Source of the DNA: Octopus vulgaris | Taxonomy: Eukaryota | DNA: 64,000 nt | NCBI GenBank assembly: GCA_951406725.2 | Contig: OX597821.1 | Coordinates: 25,234,001 to 25,298,000 of the forward strand | Reading direction: 5' to 3' | Translations under genes and position numbers: made by a program | Part shown: positions 1-12,923 of the stretch, one piece after another | Numbering within the stretch: position 1 is the stretch's first letter | How the letters are laid out: the number at the start of each line of letters is the position of its first letter | The notes under the pieces: model-generated | The model's database searches: none | Told to the model about the DNA's origin: nothing | Seen by the model: the letters and a program-made list of their open reading frames with translations, nothing else

Positions 1-149
1 TTTGCAAGCAGGGATCATGCTTGTTTCTTTTTTTCTTTCAATCAAAGCATGACATCGTAAATGATGACTGATGTCTTGCATTTCTGAAGGTATAAAAAAA
101 TTATACAAAATTTATATAAAACTACTGTACATGCAGTGTATGTGTATAT

Positions 150-333
150 ATTATATTATGAAATTTATTTGGATATTGTGTTTAGACTTAGGTCCCATCC
201 TAAAGCTGTCCATTTTTATAGATGCAAATATAAAATAAGTTCCAAAATCCGAAAAAAAATTTTAAATTAAAAAATTATAAAATTCGCAATATTTTCGGTT
301 CCGGAAATTTCGTATAAGAGACTCTCAGCTGTA
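150..333 (+). mobile_element. 3' end of a Tigger/pogo-like (Tc1/mariner superfamily) DNA transposon relic
   Basis: ggtcccatcc...tgcaaatat...ttccaaaatccgaaaaa...tttcgtataagagactctcagctg|ta resembles the Tigger4-type right end and ends at TA. Resemblance judged by eye. Confidence 0.45.
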
Positions 334-1066
334 TTAACTTTTTGCATTGTTACCAAATCATAAATCTGGTGGAAGGATACAATCGATTAAATTGGCACTT
401 GTACTTGTTTATTTTATTCACCACGGAAGAAAAAAAGATGATAGTGAAAGCTGACCTTTGCGAAATTTGAACTCAGAATGAAAAAAGCCGCGCCAAAATT
501 AAAATATCGCAAATTGTACTGTTTTATTGAGATGGCAATTGTGTAGAATATGACTTGTGTGAATCGTGTCATACCTGTAAAACATGTAAGATATGAATTG
601 TTTTACTCGTAGAATCATATGTGTCATATGACGGTTATGTTGCTGAATTCAAAGCCTTTTGTGTAGAGTACCCGTTGCATATATCTAACTGAAGGTTTTT
701 TTTTCTGTTTACTTATTTCGTAAAATTTCGGACCGTTGTATGAGTTGTGAACTTTGATGCAGTCTTTTTACTATATTGTGCACGTCCATCTTTATCATAC
801 CCAGGTCATCAATTTACAAATTTTTATTCTCCACGCATTGTCTATTTGTTTTGGGGCTTCGTCATCGTGTGTGATGTCCAGGTCAAAAGGGATCACCAAC
901 TTGTCTATCAAAGTGTACTGGCTTTTCAATGGTACGATTTAGTTACACGTCAACTGTTTGCTTTTATTCTCGTGGTATCGATTTGAGCGAAGAACATGTC
1001 CTATAGTAGATTTTTCTTCAATAAGGTTTTCTTCTTCTTCTTCTTCTTCTTATTATTATTATTATT

Positions 1067-3094
1067 CTATGTTTGACTTTTGCTTTATATTTGTACAAGT
1101 TGGCTCCAAGTCTCACCCAGAGACCTCAAGAGACAACAGGGTTGGAAGTTCATGTTGTTGTTATGCCTAGTGTGCCATATATTTGGGGGGTGGGGATGTT
1201 GTACTAATGAATGTCTAAAAAAAAAAAGTTTTTTTTTTTTTTTTTTTTTTTTTTAAACCGAAAATTATGTTTGTTTTAAACCTTGAGATTACATAGAGAG
1301 TATTTTGCGTAGGATATGAGCAGTTCCCATGAGCACTATCTTTTGAACTTCTGCCATTTTTGGGTTTCCTGGTATCTGAGTTAGGCAGCTATCAGCCCCT
1401 TTTGCTATCATTCCCAGGGCACCTATGACAACAGGTATTGTTTTAGTCTTCAGCTTCCACATTTTGCTGATTTCTATTTCAAGATCTTTATATTTGCTCA
1501 GTTTTTGGTAGGTCTTGACAGATACGTTTATATCGATTGGGACAGTCATATCAATGAGGAGGCATGTTCTTTGTTTGAAGTTTTTCAATATGATGTCTGG
1601 CCTATTTGCATCTATCTTCCTGTCAGTTTGAATGGTGAAGTTCCAGAGGAGTGAGATGTGGTCATTTTCAAGCACTGGGGGTGGTTTGTGTTCCCACCAG
1701 TTTTTTTCATGGGGCAAATCCAGGTTTTTACAGATTACCCAGTGAATATATTGTGCAGCTCTATCGTGCCTGTTGAGATACTCTGTAGGCGCTAGAAGAC
1801 TGCACTTGGAGACCACATGGTCAATGGTTTCATTTTGTTGCTTGCATACACGACACGTTGGACTGCTTCTGATCTTTAATATGTTGGCCTGGTAGTTTCT
1901 TGTTGGTAGGCATTGATCTTGAGCTGCTATGATAAACCCCTCTGTTTCAGATTTTAAGCCAGAGGCCATTAGCCATTGATGGGTCAGGGCTTTGTCGATA
2001 TCTGCATTATTCGCTCTCTTTGGGTATTTGCCATAGAGAGGTTTTTCTTGCCATTTATTATTCAGAATATCTAAGGCCGCAGTTTTGGCACGGGTTTTCA
2101 TGCGCCTAGCTTTTTCTGTGCTTGTTTCTTGTATATCTATCTCTAATTCCGAAATTGGTTGTATTCGGAATTCACTTAGATATTCCTTTGCCTGTTTTGT
2201 GACTGAGTATGATGCTTTCTTGTTTTCATGTTTTGAGACAAGTTTTAGCATCCAGTCCTCAGAGTTTTTCAGGTAGGTGTCTAGGCCAATTGTAGCAATC
2301 TTCATTGTTATTGCCAGTTGCAAAAGACCACGGCCTCCCTCTTTTCTTGGCAGATAGAGTCGTTCTGTATCTGCCTTAGGGTGGTGTATTCTATGCATTG
2401 TCAACAGTTTCCTTATTTTTCTGTCGAGCTGACATATTTCAGTAATTGACCAGTTAACAATATTGAAACTGTAAGTCACGACTGGTATAGCTAATGCATT
2501 GATTGCTTCGATCCTGTTTCTTGCATTCAGCTCTGTCTTGAGTATTGCTCTCACTCTTCGATAGCATTCTCTCCTGATCCTTTCCTTCATCTCTGAATGC
2601 CTTATTCCGTTCCCTTCAATTATCCCTAGGTACTTGTAGCTCTCCGCTGGGTCTAGTTCTTTTATGACATTCTGTTGGTCAAGGTTAACGTTAGATGTTT
2701 CTGTCATTTTTCCTTTGATAAATGTAGCCTTTGCACATTTATCGAGGCCGAATTGCATTCTGATGTCGTCACTGAATTGTTTGACTATCGCTAGTAAGCC
2801 CTTGAGTTGTTGATCATTTTTTGCAAAAGCTTTAAATCATCCATGTAAACGAGATGATTTATATTTTTATCAAACATTTTATACCCGTACTGCGCATCAT
2901 TGAGCAGCTTTGAGAGAGGTATTAAGGATAAACAAAAGAGGAGTGGTGACAGTGAGTCACCCTGGAAAATGCCACACGAAATTTTTACATCACCAGCATT
3001 TAGGGATTCACTGTCACTGTTCAGAGTTAGTGTGGTTCTCCATGATCTCATACTTACAGTCAAGAAGTTTCGCAGAGTTGGTGCTATCTTATAC

Positions 3095-3096
<2 letters not shown>
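1067..3096 (-). mobile_element. 5'-truncated R4/Dong-like non-LTR retrotransposon (RT C-terminal half, CCHC finger, restriction-like endonuclease)
   Basis: RT motifs GIFQGDSLSPLLF and YMDD (2791-3096). Motifs YKYLG, CRVC..ETIDHVVSKC, RHD, RPDII..DMTVP..K..KY in ORF 1289-2758. About 220-nt 3' UTR. (TAA)n on both flanks. Confidence 0.92.
1289..3096 (-). pseudogene. RT-RLE ORF of the R4/Dong-like element, broken by a single 1-nt frameshift at about 2825-2828
   Basis: Adding one T to the run in AAG CTT TT(T) GCA restores YMDDLKLFAKNDQQLKGLLAIVKQFSDDIRMQFGLDK and joins the two listed ORFs with no other stop. Confidence 0.88.
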
Positions 3097-3127
<31 letters not shown>

Positions 3128-3231
3128 AAACGAACAAAACCCTTTGTAACCTTTCGTCCTGTTTTGTCCCTTTATGTTTTCTAATCATGTGTGTCAGCCC
3201 TTGTGGCCAATAAGAAGAATTAATTATTATA

Positions 3232-3308
<77 letters not shown>

Positions 3309-3699
3309 GTTGCTGTTTTTTTTCTCCAATCTTTTATTTGTTTATGGTTGTGCCCTTTTAACAATTGTTTCGAGTACATGGTTTTGACTTTAAAAAAGAG
3401 CTCCTTCATTGTTTTACCCCTTTTCTCAAATGCCTCCCCACCACACACATTCACACATACTTCCTTCACCCTCACACAATCCGTTTTATCTTATAGATCT
3501 TCGCTAGGATCAATAGTTTCTCTCATTCTTTCTTTCACTTCCAGGATTGCTTTCGTTTCCTTGATGTTTTTCACTTCTTTATTTTATTATTGCATTTCTC
3601 TTCACTTTTCCAAATTCGATCTTTCCTCCTTTCTATTTCGTTCAGTAAGGATCCATCATCTTTTTAAACTCTTTTTCTTATTTTTTTTTCATGCGCGGG

Positions 3700-4025
3700 C
3701 ACAGCTGTATGGTTAAGCGTTACTAACACTTGGCAACCAATGTTGGTTTGTTTATGTTGCCGAAACTAAGTGGTTCGGCAAAAGAGTTCGACAGAATAAG
3801 TAACAGACTTTAAAAAAGATAAACAAGTACTGGGGATGATTTGTTCGACTAAACCTCTTCAAGTCGGTGCTCCAGCCTGACCTCAGTCCAAAGGCTGAAA
3901 CAAGTAAAAGAATTAAATGAGAAAAGAAGCAAAAAGCATAATTGATGCTTTTTAAAACTAAAACCCTTCCAGGCAGTGCTTCAGCATGGCCGCAGTCTAA
4001 TGACTGAAACAAGTAAAAGATAAAA
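3700..4025 (+). mobile_element. Decayed SINE family A fragments with a duplicated tail
   Basis: ttcggcaaaagag...agaataagta and two copies of gactgaaacaagtaaaaga match the family A 3' region. Confidence 0.6.
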
Positions 4026-4817
4026 AGCGGGAAGATAAAAGCAATTTTCTTTCAACCGTTTTCGCGGGTTTGGAAGCTGCGGGGTATTTTTATTTGATTA
4101 GGGTCGCCATACCACCAAGTTTCCCTTGATGCTGCTATGGTTACTAAAGTAAATTAGGTTAGTTAGCTTAATAATGTTTTGGATTTACTTCAGTGGAAAG
4201 AATTTCTTGGAGAAGAGTCTGGTTGTGATCGTATATAGCTTTTATTTCTATTTTACCTTTTTTTCTTTGCTCCCAGAGATGTTTGATTATTCGTTGCTTG
4301 TGGAAATTGATTCCAGTTTATCGATTTTGTTATGGTCAGTTCTAATTTATTTATTGTTCCTGATAGATTTTTTTTTTTGGCATTGCCGACAGTGATTAAC
4401 GTTTTAGTTTTTATTTTCGTTTTATTATTTTATTGTGTGAGTGTAAAGTAGAGAATATATTTCTGTTGTGGTCGTGTATTTATCTACTTTTTATTTATTT
4501 ATTTATTTGTTTGCATGCCTATATTGCAAAAGGTGAACAATAGCGTCTTTGGTTGTGGGTTTCCAGCGAGTCATTCACAGACTCACTGAATTTCTGCCTG
4601 CAAAGGATTTCGTTAAAAATCCCGGTTTTTAAAGTTTTTTTTTTTTTTTTAGGTGAGTATATGTGTGCGAACGTGCGTATGTGTATGCACGCGCGTGTAT
4701 GTATACGTATCATCATGCATATATCATCATCATTTAATGTTCATTTTCCTTGGTGGCATATACATACATACAGAAGCACACACACATACGGATAAATACA
4801 TATATACATACACATAT

Positions 4818-5049
4818 ATATTTCTTTACTGCCCACAAGGGGCTAAACATAGAAGGGACAAACAAGGACAGACAAAGGGATTAAGTCGATTATATCGACC
4901 CCAGTGCGTAACTGGAACTTAATTTATCGACCCCGAAAGGATGAAAGGCAAAGTCGACCTCGGCGGAATTTGAACTCAGAACGTAACGGCAGACGAAATA
5001 CGGCTACGCATTTCGCCCAGCGTGCTAACGTTTCTGCCAGCTCGCCGCC
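4818..5049 (-). mobile_element. SINE family B (tRNA-derived head, central cctttcatcctttcggggtcgataaa domain resembling the Meta-SINE domain)
   Basis: Minus strand begins GGCGGCGAGCTGGCAGAA (A box) and has GAGTTCAAATTCC (B box). Near-identical copies recur at 10302, 13155, 41778 and 48320. Confidence 0.85.
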
Positions 5050-5070
5050 TTACATACACATATATGTGTG

Positions 5071-5116
<46 letters not shown>

Positions 5117-5652
5117 TGTGTGTGTGTGTGTGTGAGTGAGTGCGCGCGCGTGTACATACACACACTCGGTAACAAGATATGCCTACTCCCCAGGGTATCT
5201 CATAATTATATTTGCAAGGTAATTTTCTTTAAAGTGCTCAACAAATATCCATACCAATTATGAATTACTCCATGCTAAGGCATTAAATCTATGCAGTAGA
5301 AACACTTCAATAACGGAAACTGTCAACTTCTGATGTACGATTAAAAGAAACATGCGCAACCTTATCTCGTAGCAAGTTTTCCGTGACTGAGCGTCAACCA
5401 GATGCTCAGTCACGGAACAGATATCGAGAACTGTCGCTTATCGGACGTGAATGCGCGCGCAAGTGAGCGTGTGCGCATATATACATGCATATATATATAT
5501 TCCGTTTGTTGTCTTCTTTTTATTTAATCCTGGAAATATTATTTATTTAACGCACACACTCCTTAATTTTTTACCCATTTGTAGAAATATTCATGGAATA
5601 TTTTTGTACCATTCTGTCTCTTTCCTTTAGTCTGCTTCTTTTTTAATTCCCC

Positions 5653-5706
<54 letters not shown>

Positions 5707-5934
5707 ATGATCCATATTGGTGTGTTTTCATCTCCACAACTTAAGCAGTTCGGCAAAAGAGGCTAGGCTTACAAAGAATACATCCTGGGACCAATTACTT
5801 CAGCTAAAACCCTTTAGTGCGGTGCTCCAATATGGCTGTAGTCAAATGACTGGAACATGTAAAAGAATAAAAGAATATCGTCCAAAAGATCCTTTCAATT
5901 TCACGCCTTCTACAATAATAAATGCCAAAACGAA

Positions 5935-6175
5935 TTCGTGTGTCAGTGTGTCACATTTTGACCCTCCTCTCTCTCTTATTCATTGACACTTCTACTATTC
6001 CATATGTTGGGGTGAGAGTAATAGTAGGTATAGAGACGGTAAGGACGGTAGTAGATTAACGGTTGTGATGGTAATGGGGTGATAGTAATAGTATGAGCTG
6101 TAGTTGTGGTAGAGGTGGAGGCGACGGTGATGGTGGTGGTGGTAGCAGAGACGGTCAGGGATGACGGTGATAGTA
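5935..6175 (-). repeat. Dispersed repeat, with an inverted homolog at about 21415-21630
   Basis: Shared cctgaccg..accaccac..acaactacagctcatactattactatca..ctctcaccccaacat..gtgacacactgac. Confidence 0.7.
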
Positions 6176-6406
6176 AGCAATGTGAAAGACAGTGGTGATG
6201 GTGGTGGAGGGGAAGGCGGCGAAGTCAAAGGTACTAATAGTGGTGGCGTCAGAAGTCTGAATGGTGTGTGTATGACAGTTGTGGTGATGGTGAAGGTTGA
6301 AAACAATCAACAGAAAGAGGGCGAGAGAAAGAAATACGTTAGATAGAAAAATAATTGTACTGACCCCCGAATGGAAAGACAAAAAATGTTGTTTATTATA
6401 CATATA

Positions 6407-6899
6407 CTAGCAGTAGTACCTGTCGTTGATCAGGTAATTACTTTTACTGTTTCTCGGGAGTTAAATTCAAAGTATTTTTATATATATGTATAATTTACTC
6501 CTCCTGTATGTCCATATTTTTATAAGAGAAAAATATGTAATAACTGAAGTAGAAAAAAGACCAATTTCAACACACAAACCTCTTGTATGTGTGTATTTCA
6601 TAAGAGAAAAACCTGGAAATAAATTCAGGCAGAAAAAAGATCGATTTCATTCTTGAATATAATGATAGAAATGGCAAATTAAGTTATTAAAGTATTCATG
6701 TTGCATTGAGAGTGAATATTTCTTTATAAACAATGTTTTTGCTTTATTTCGGGGTGCATAAGCAAAAAGATTTGCTTTTGGTCTCACTCATAATGCTCCT
6801 ACATAAAGTTGGCCATGTGAAAAGCATGGTTCTTAAAAACATGTAGTAACTGAAGGAGACTTGAAAACTTCGGTTTCAACGTGAATTTCTATATATAGA
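6407..6899 (-). mobile_element. Non-autonomous Helitron
   Basis: Minus-strand 3' end ACCTG-atcaacga-CAGGT hairpin, then actactgCTAG|T. The 5' end is TCTATATATAG. Confidence 0.6.
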
Positions 6900-6941
6900 A
6901 TTTCTATATATTATAATATATGCACATTACACACACACACG

Positions 6942-7012
<71 letters not shown>

Positions 7013-7055
7013 GTATATATTTGCTATTCCTAGGACATTTATAAATAGAAAGGCT

Positions 7056-7103
7056 GTCTTACAGCTGTTTCGGGGAAATAAATGATATCCCATCATCAGA
7101 GAC
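7056..7103 (-). ncRNA. Minimal type-I hammerhead ribozyme motif
   Basis: GUCU CUGAUGA ugggauaucauuuauuuccc c GAAA CAGCUG UA AGAC: stem I GUCU/AGAC, canonical core, palindromic stem III. Confidence 0.8.
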
Positions 7104-7435
7104 AAGTTAAAAGAGCTTCAGTAGAAGGAAATAGTAGAGTTAATTTTCTGAGAAGTTATTCTGGAGAGGGAGAGATATACAAGAAATTAGATGTAATGCG
7201 CAATGTAATGTTGGGTGTTAAAGTTGCTGTTTCGTTATCCAAGAGATGTGTTGTGTAGAATTGGTAAAGAGTCGTCTTTAACAGCAACTTTAGCATCCGA
7301 CATGCATTTTTATTTTCATATTTTCCTTTTATACTTTGCGCATTACATCTAGTTTCTTGTATATCTCTCCCTCTCCAGAATAACTTCTCAAAAAATTAAC
7401 TCTACTACTTCCTTCTATTGAAGCTCTTTTAACTC

Positions 7436-7483
7436 GTCTCTGATGATGGGATATCATTTATTTCCCTGAAACAGCTGTAAGAC
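7436..7483 (+). ncRNA. Minimal type-I hammerhead ribozyme motif
   Basis: GUCU CUGAUGA ugggau...uuccc u GAAA CAGCUG UA AGAC, with cleavage triplet GUA. Confidence 0.8.
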
Positions 7484-7688
7484 AATCTTTCTATTTATAA
7501 ATGTCCTAGGAATATCAAATTGCCCTGGCCTTGTTATCTTATTTTATTTAACATATACACGCTCACACAAGACCTAACTTGGACTTCTCACTTATGTTAT
7601 TATTGAACCGGGAGCTTAACAGCGGTCCTTCCGTAGCATTTACATAGCCTTACCTGCCTTTTGGGTCTTCTGGATACCAAAACATTTC

Positions 7689-7729
<41 letters not shown>

Positions 7730-7731
<2 letters not shown>

Positions 7732-7884
7732 GACGGGATTCTTTCAGTTTCTGTCTACCAAATCCACTCACAAGGCTTTGGTCGACCCGAGGTTACAGAA
7801 GAAGACACTTTCCCAAGGTACCACGCAGTGATACTGAACACGAAACCATGTGGTTGGGAAGCAAGCTTCTTACCACACAGCCAC
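7730..7884 (-). mobile_element. SINE family A, 5' half
   Basis: tRNA-like head TGGCTGTGTGGTAAG...GTTCAGT, then accttgggaaagtgtcttc; ends in (TA)n. Confidence 0.75.
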
Positions 7885-9239
7885 GTTTGTGTGTCTATAT
7901 GTGTGTGTGTTTGTGTGTGTGTGTATACGCACAGACACACACACATGTATGTATGTATGTATGTATGTATGTATGTATGTATGTATGTATGTATGTATGT
8001 ATGTATGTATGTATGTGACTATCAGAGGCAGACCCGGGGTGGGGAGCCTCTCAAGAAAAGAAGTGCGCCCTTCTTAATAATGTTATTACGCCCTTTTCCC
8101 CTGGAATTGTATTCCCTTCTGATCTTGTGCCCTTCCTTCGAAAACTTCCTGGGACCGCGCCTGAATATACCAATCAACGAACTGCCCATTCTATTTCTCG
8201 TCTTAAATTCGTGAAACAATTAATTGGGCTTTATTATTTTCTTCGGAAATAAAATCCGTTGAACAAATCGTTTTATTACTAATGCTAACCATCCTCTTTA
8301 TAGCAGATAATAAACAATTCAGTACAGTTGCTTGTTGTATACAGTCGTTCATAATTTAAACTTATGCCGTCAATTAAAACTACAGCACAGTAGTATTATC
8401 GAAGTGTTGACGTTAGACTACAAAAATTGCGTGTGTTTGCTCGCGCCTGTGTTGGGCGTGTTTCTAGATATCAAAAAATTTACTTGGCTGTACTTTCTTT
8501 GTTAGGACGGCACTTACAATTTATTCCATCTATTCTATGCAGTATGGAAGAGAAGAGGAAGAGGTGTGCCATTCGTAGAAATGTTTTTATGATAAACTTT
8601 CACATTCGTTTCATTGAAATTATATGATAGATAATCCGAGAAAAACTTTCCTTCCTGAATTAAAATATAGTATTTATTTATTTTATTTATTTATCTAGTT
8701 TCAGCTCACAAGCTGTGGCCATGCTGGGGCACCGCCATTATTCTTAAATCTTTATGTAGTACTCTGTGAGTACGAAAAATTATGCGTCCTCAATGCATGT
8801 CGATTTTCATCTCCCTGAAATATTTTGTTTTTGGTGAGTGTTATTTCTTCTCTTCTTGGAAAACTTCTTTTTATATATAACTGTACCCGTAACCTTTTCG
8901 CAGGAAACGGGGTAGTCGGTTTAAGTTTTAACCACTAATAATTTGTTAAATGATAAGATATACCATTATTAAACATTTTAGTACCTACGCAGATAATTTT
9001 TGTTTTTCTATAACCATAAATATGGGGAAAAGGAGGACCATTGGTAAGGAAAATGAAAACAGGTAAAGGTTGGAGCAGTGGTTATTAACTGGGGGTCCAT
9101 ATAAGATTTTGGGGGTCCACACAAGCAAAATAGTAAATCGGAGACCCACAGCAGTAGTTTAAGGGTTCTTGAAAGTAGTTTTGCTTTAGATGTGTTTATT
9201 GCAAGGAGCAACGAGTGTTCTTTTTCTTACGTTTTACAT

Positions 9240-9400
9240 ATTCTTTTATTCTTTTACTTGTTTCAGTCATTTGATTGCGGCCATGCTGGAGCCTAGTAAT
9301 TATTCTATCAGTCTCTTTTGCCAAATCGCTAAGTTACGGGGACGAAAACACACCAGCATCGGTTGTCAAGCGATGTTGGGGGACAAACACAGACACATAA

Positions 9401-9434
<34 letters not shown>

Positions 9435-9448
9435 GCGCGCACACGCGC

Positions 9449-9505
<57 letters not shown>

Positions 9506-9676
9506 CATATATACGACGGGCTTCTTTCAGTTTCCGTCTACCAAATTCACTCACAAGGCTTTAGTCGGCCCGAGGCTATAGTAGATGACACTTGTCCAAG
9601 GTGCCACGCAGTGGGACTGAACCCGGAACCATGTGGTTGGTAAGGAAGCTACTTACCACACAGCCACTCCTGCGCC
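9240..9676 (-). mobile_element. SINE family A, full length (tRNA head, CORE-like segment, internal microsatellite, GTAAAAGA-type tail)
   Basis: GGCGCAGGAGTGGCTGTGTGG (A box), GGTTCAGTCCC (B box), caccttggacaagtg, internal (TA)n(TG)n, tail gactgaaacaagtaaaaga. Confidence 0.88.
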
Positions 9677-10301
9677 TATGTTCAAACTACCCGAGTAAAT
9701 GTGTGAAAAACAGAATAGGAATTCTGAAAGAAATATCTATAAAACTAATTTTTAAACTTTGAGTGGCGATGGAGATTCATCAGTGCAAAATAGTAATCAA
9801 AGGTACAAAAAAAAAAAAAAAGAAAAAAGAAAAAAGAAAAAAGCGATTGAGAACCTCTGGTATAGACAAAGATGATATTGACAAAAGGAGTGAGGGTTGG
9901 GGTGAGAGACAGCAGGAAGTAAATATGGAAGAGTCGATAAGATGGCAGATCGAGATTATTTATGTGATTGAAAGAAATTGAAATAGGCAAAGTTTATCGA
10001 ATATGTACATCAACAACTTCCGATGAAAAACGGAAACGACAGGCTGGAACCACTAAACATCTATAAAATGTTCTAAATTAAAGTGCTTTATTGTTTATAA
10101 GATGCACCCAATAGCGTGGCTAATAGCGGGGCAAGGGAAAGCGACGGGAGCGACAGCTCCTTACGAGTGCATTTTTCAAAATTGGCGCTTTTTTAACAAT
10201 TTATTTAAAACTCTTTAGTTCATCAAGCAATAATAAATCTCTGAGCGAGATGTAAACAATAACCGCTCGACAACGTAAAGTATAATAGCCATCTTAATAT
10301 A

Positions 10302-10559
10302 TATTTCTTTACTACCCACAAGGGGCTAAACACAGAGAGGACAAACAAGGACAGACAAATGGATTAAGTCGATTACATCGACCCCAGTGCGTAACTGGTA
10401 CTTAATTTATCGACCCCGAAAGGATGAAAGGCAAAGTCGACCCCGAAAGGATGAAAGGCAAAGTCGACCTCGGCGGAATTTGAACTCAGAACGTAACGGC
10501 AGACGAAATACGGCCACGCATTTCGCCCGGCGTGCTAACGTTTCTGCCAGCTCGCCGCC
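10302..10559 (-). mobile_element. SINE family B with an internal 27-bp tandem duplication
   Basis: tcgaccccgaaaggatgaaaggcaaag occurs twice in tandem. Confidence 0.85.
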
Positions 10560-11828
10560 TTTAGACACAAGCCAGCTGGAGACGATGATCTCCTGGGGCT
10601 AAAAAGCTACAGTAACACTCGCCCCACCCCTAGTGGTTAGCCATATTAAGATGGCTAGTATACTTTACGTCTTTAAGTTCATTTGTGCGATAAAAATCAA
10701 ATCTCTTTTCGTTTTCGTTTTGTTAATCGCATGGACTTGGAAGAACTTTATAGAGTCATTACAATACTTGACCAACCACCCGTGTTTTTGAATTGTCTGC
10801 TCAATCTCCTGCGATGCGTTGGTGATCGCTGATATCTGAAGAACGAAAGCAAACCCTGACGTCATAAACTCTTGACACTGGGCAATCCCGTGGAGTTCCA
10901 TCTTTTTCACGTCACACTTGTGTCAGTTGTTTAAGTTTCATACATAATGAGATCGTTACTGAAATGTGAAATAAAGCAACGTAGAATACAATTACCTATA
11001 TTACAACCAATGAATTTTTTCTCATAAGAGAAAAGAATTAAAAATTGTTCAGTGTGTATTACGGCGCCCTTTTTTATGAGCTCACTCCCCCTAACTTTAG
11101 GACCTGGCTTCGCCTCTGAATACACTATATATAAAACGGCAATTAACTCAGATTAATTAGTCTTAGTAATCACAAGATCCCTCATTGGCTCGTAGAGTAT
11201 TATTTATATTATACGCGTGAAATACCCGAATATCTTAAGTGTGCCGATAATGTCTACAAAATATACCATAAAACAGTAATTAACTCTGTTTAATTAATCT
11301 TAGTCATCTCTTGTGTAAAACGATGATTTATCAGTAAACTGAGTGAGTGTAGCATGTTTTTTCTATGTCGTCTTTGTAGAGGAGGTCGTTGTCCGCCTGC
11401 ACATACAACTTGTTAAGCTATTTAGATACAGTTAATGGACTTTATTAACGGAAGGCAAAATTCGATAACTTATTTATATGAACGCACGATTGAGGACGTC
11501 TTTGTTAGATGAACGTAAAGATTATTGAAAACATATTGCGCCAAGACGTAAAATGCAACCTGATACCACTTAACCTTACACTCTCTGACTGTTTCCCATT
11601 CATGTAGCTTTCGCAGTGACAATCAATAATCCTAAATATCAAACAAACAAAATAAGTTTATTCTCGGTCGATTTATTTGACTACCTGGACTACTGTTTGT
11701 AGCTTCACAGGTGATATTGTTGTAGTAACAATGCTGAAAAGTCACCAAATGACATACGCGGAAATTTTCCAGTTATAAAACTGTCTTCTTAACTTTTATA
11801 TAATCTAGATACTTAATTCCGGTGTGTG

Positions 11829-11867
<39 letters not shown>

Positions 11868-12170
11868 GTGTTTCATTTGCTAATAGGAGTTACAAAATTG
11901 TGCATGTTGTAGAAAAAACATGTGAGGTATCTCCTATCAAAAATTCTTGGGTAGAGAGCATCCAATAATAGTATGAGTAATAGTATGAGTAATGGTAAAT
12001 AAATAGTGTCAAGAACATTTCCAGTCTCCTGTTTTGATATATAGTTACTCTGCAGAAAACCTTTTTTATTGTATTTTCAGCACATGCGTATACCGCACAC
12101 AAATATAACATCTACATACATATTTGGAATACTGGAATAAGCAGATGTGCTTCAAGAGGATGCAGCTAGG

Positions 12171-12297
<127 letters not shown>

Positions 12298-12475
12298 TAC
12301 CGGAGTAAACACATAAATGTGAAACAAGGTGAAAAAAAGAGTACTCAAATACCAGGGGTAGAGTAATATGCTTTATTTAAAAGCATATTGCTTTATTTAA
12401 AAGTAATATGCTTTATTTAAAAGTTACTCCGAGTAACAGGTTTTGTTGAAATTCTGCTGCTTTTAAATAAAGTAT

Positions 12476-12564
<89 letters not shown>

Positions 12565-12565
<1 letters not shown>

Positions 12566-12730
12566 GTTGCTCAAATTTACAGAAGACAAAAGACAAAGAC
12601 AGGTGAAGGAACAACAGTCAGGTGTATTGGTTTAACGCTCGGGAAATATGGAAAAGTTTCTGACATTTCGAGCCTATGCTCTTCGACAGAGAGAACTGAA
12701 AGAGTAAAATTTGGAGGGCGAACCAAAACA
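12565..12730 (-). mobile_element. Decayed short hammerhead-bearing element, related to those at 19302, 55406 and 57322
   Basis: Minus strand 12659-12692 reads ucu CUGUCGA agagcauaggcuc GAAA ug UC aga, with one core mismatch. Confidence 0.5.
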
Positions 12731-12923
12731 AAACCGGATATGTATATGTGTGTTTGTGTGTGTGTGTTTATTTATATACACGCACGCACGCACGCACGTA
12801 TACACACACGCACACATATCGAATGTGTGTGTGCATGCGCGCGCCATGTGCGTGGCAATGAAAACACGATTGTGTTCTACTTTTAGCTTTTTATCAAGAT
12901 TTCATTTTATAAAATAAACGCAG

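Larger units (their letters stand above)
7019..7520. repeat. Long inverted repeat (arms about 7019-7231 and 7280-7520), each arm carrying a hammerhead motif; Penelope-like inverted pLTR structure
   Basis: Arms are reverse complements over more than 200 bp, with a few mismatches and one insertion of about 28 nt. Confidence 0.9.

Noticed and set aside
4904-5263. Recurrent peptides MRNW.LIYRPRKDERQS and MSSNARGTNTD
   Set aside because: Translations of SINE families B and A, not a gene family.
10665-10910. Possible minus-strand exon after tttgctttcgttcttcAG
   Set aside because: Donor is weak, no partner exons are found, and the peptide is unrecognised; too uncertain to call.
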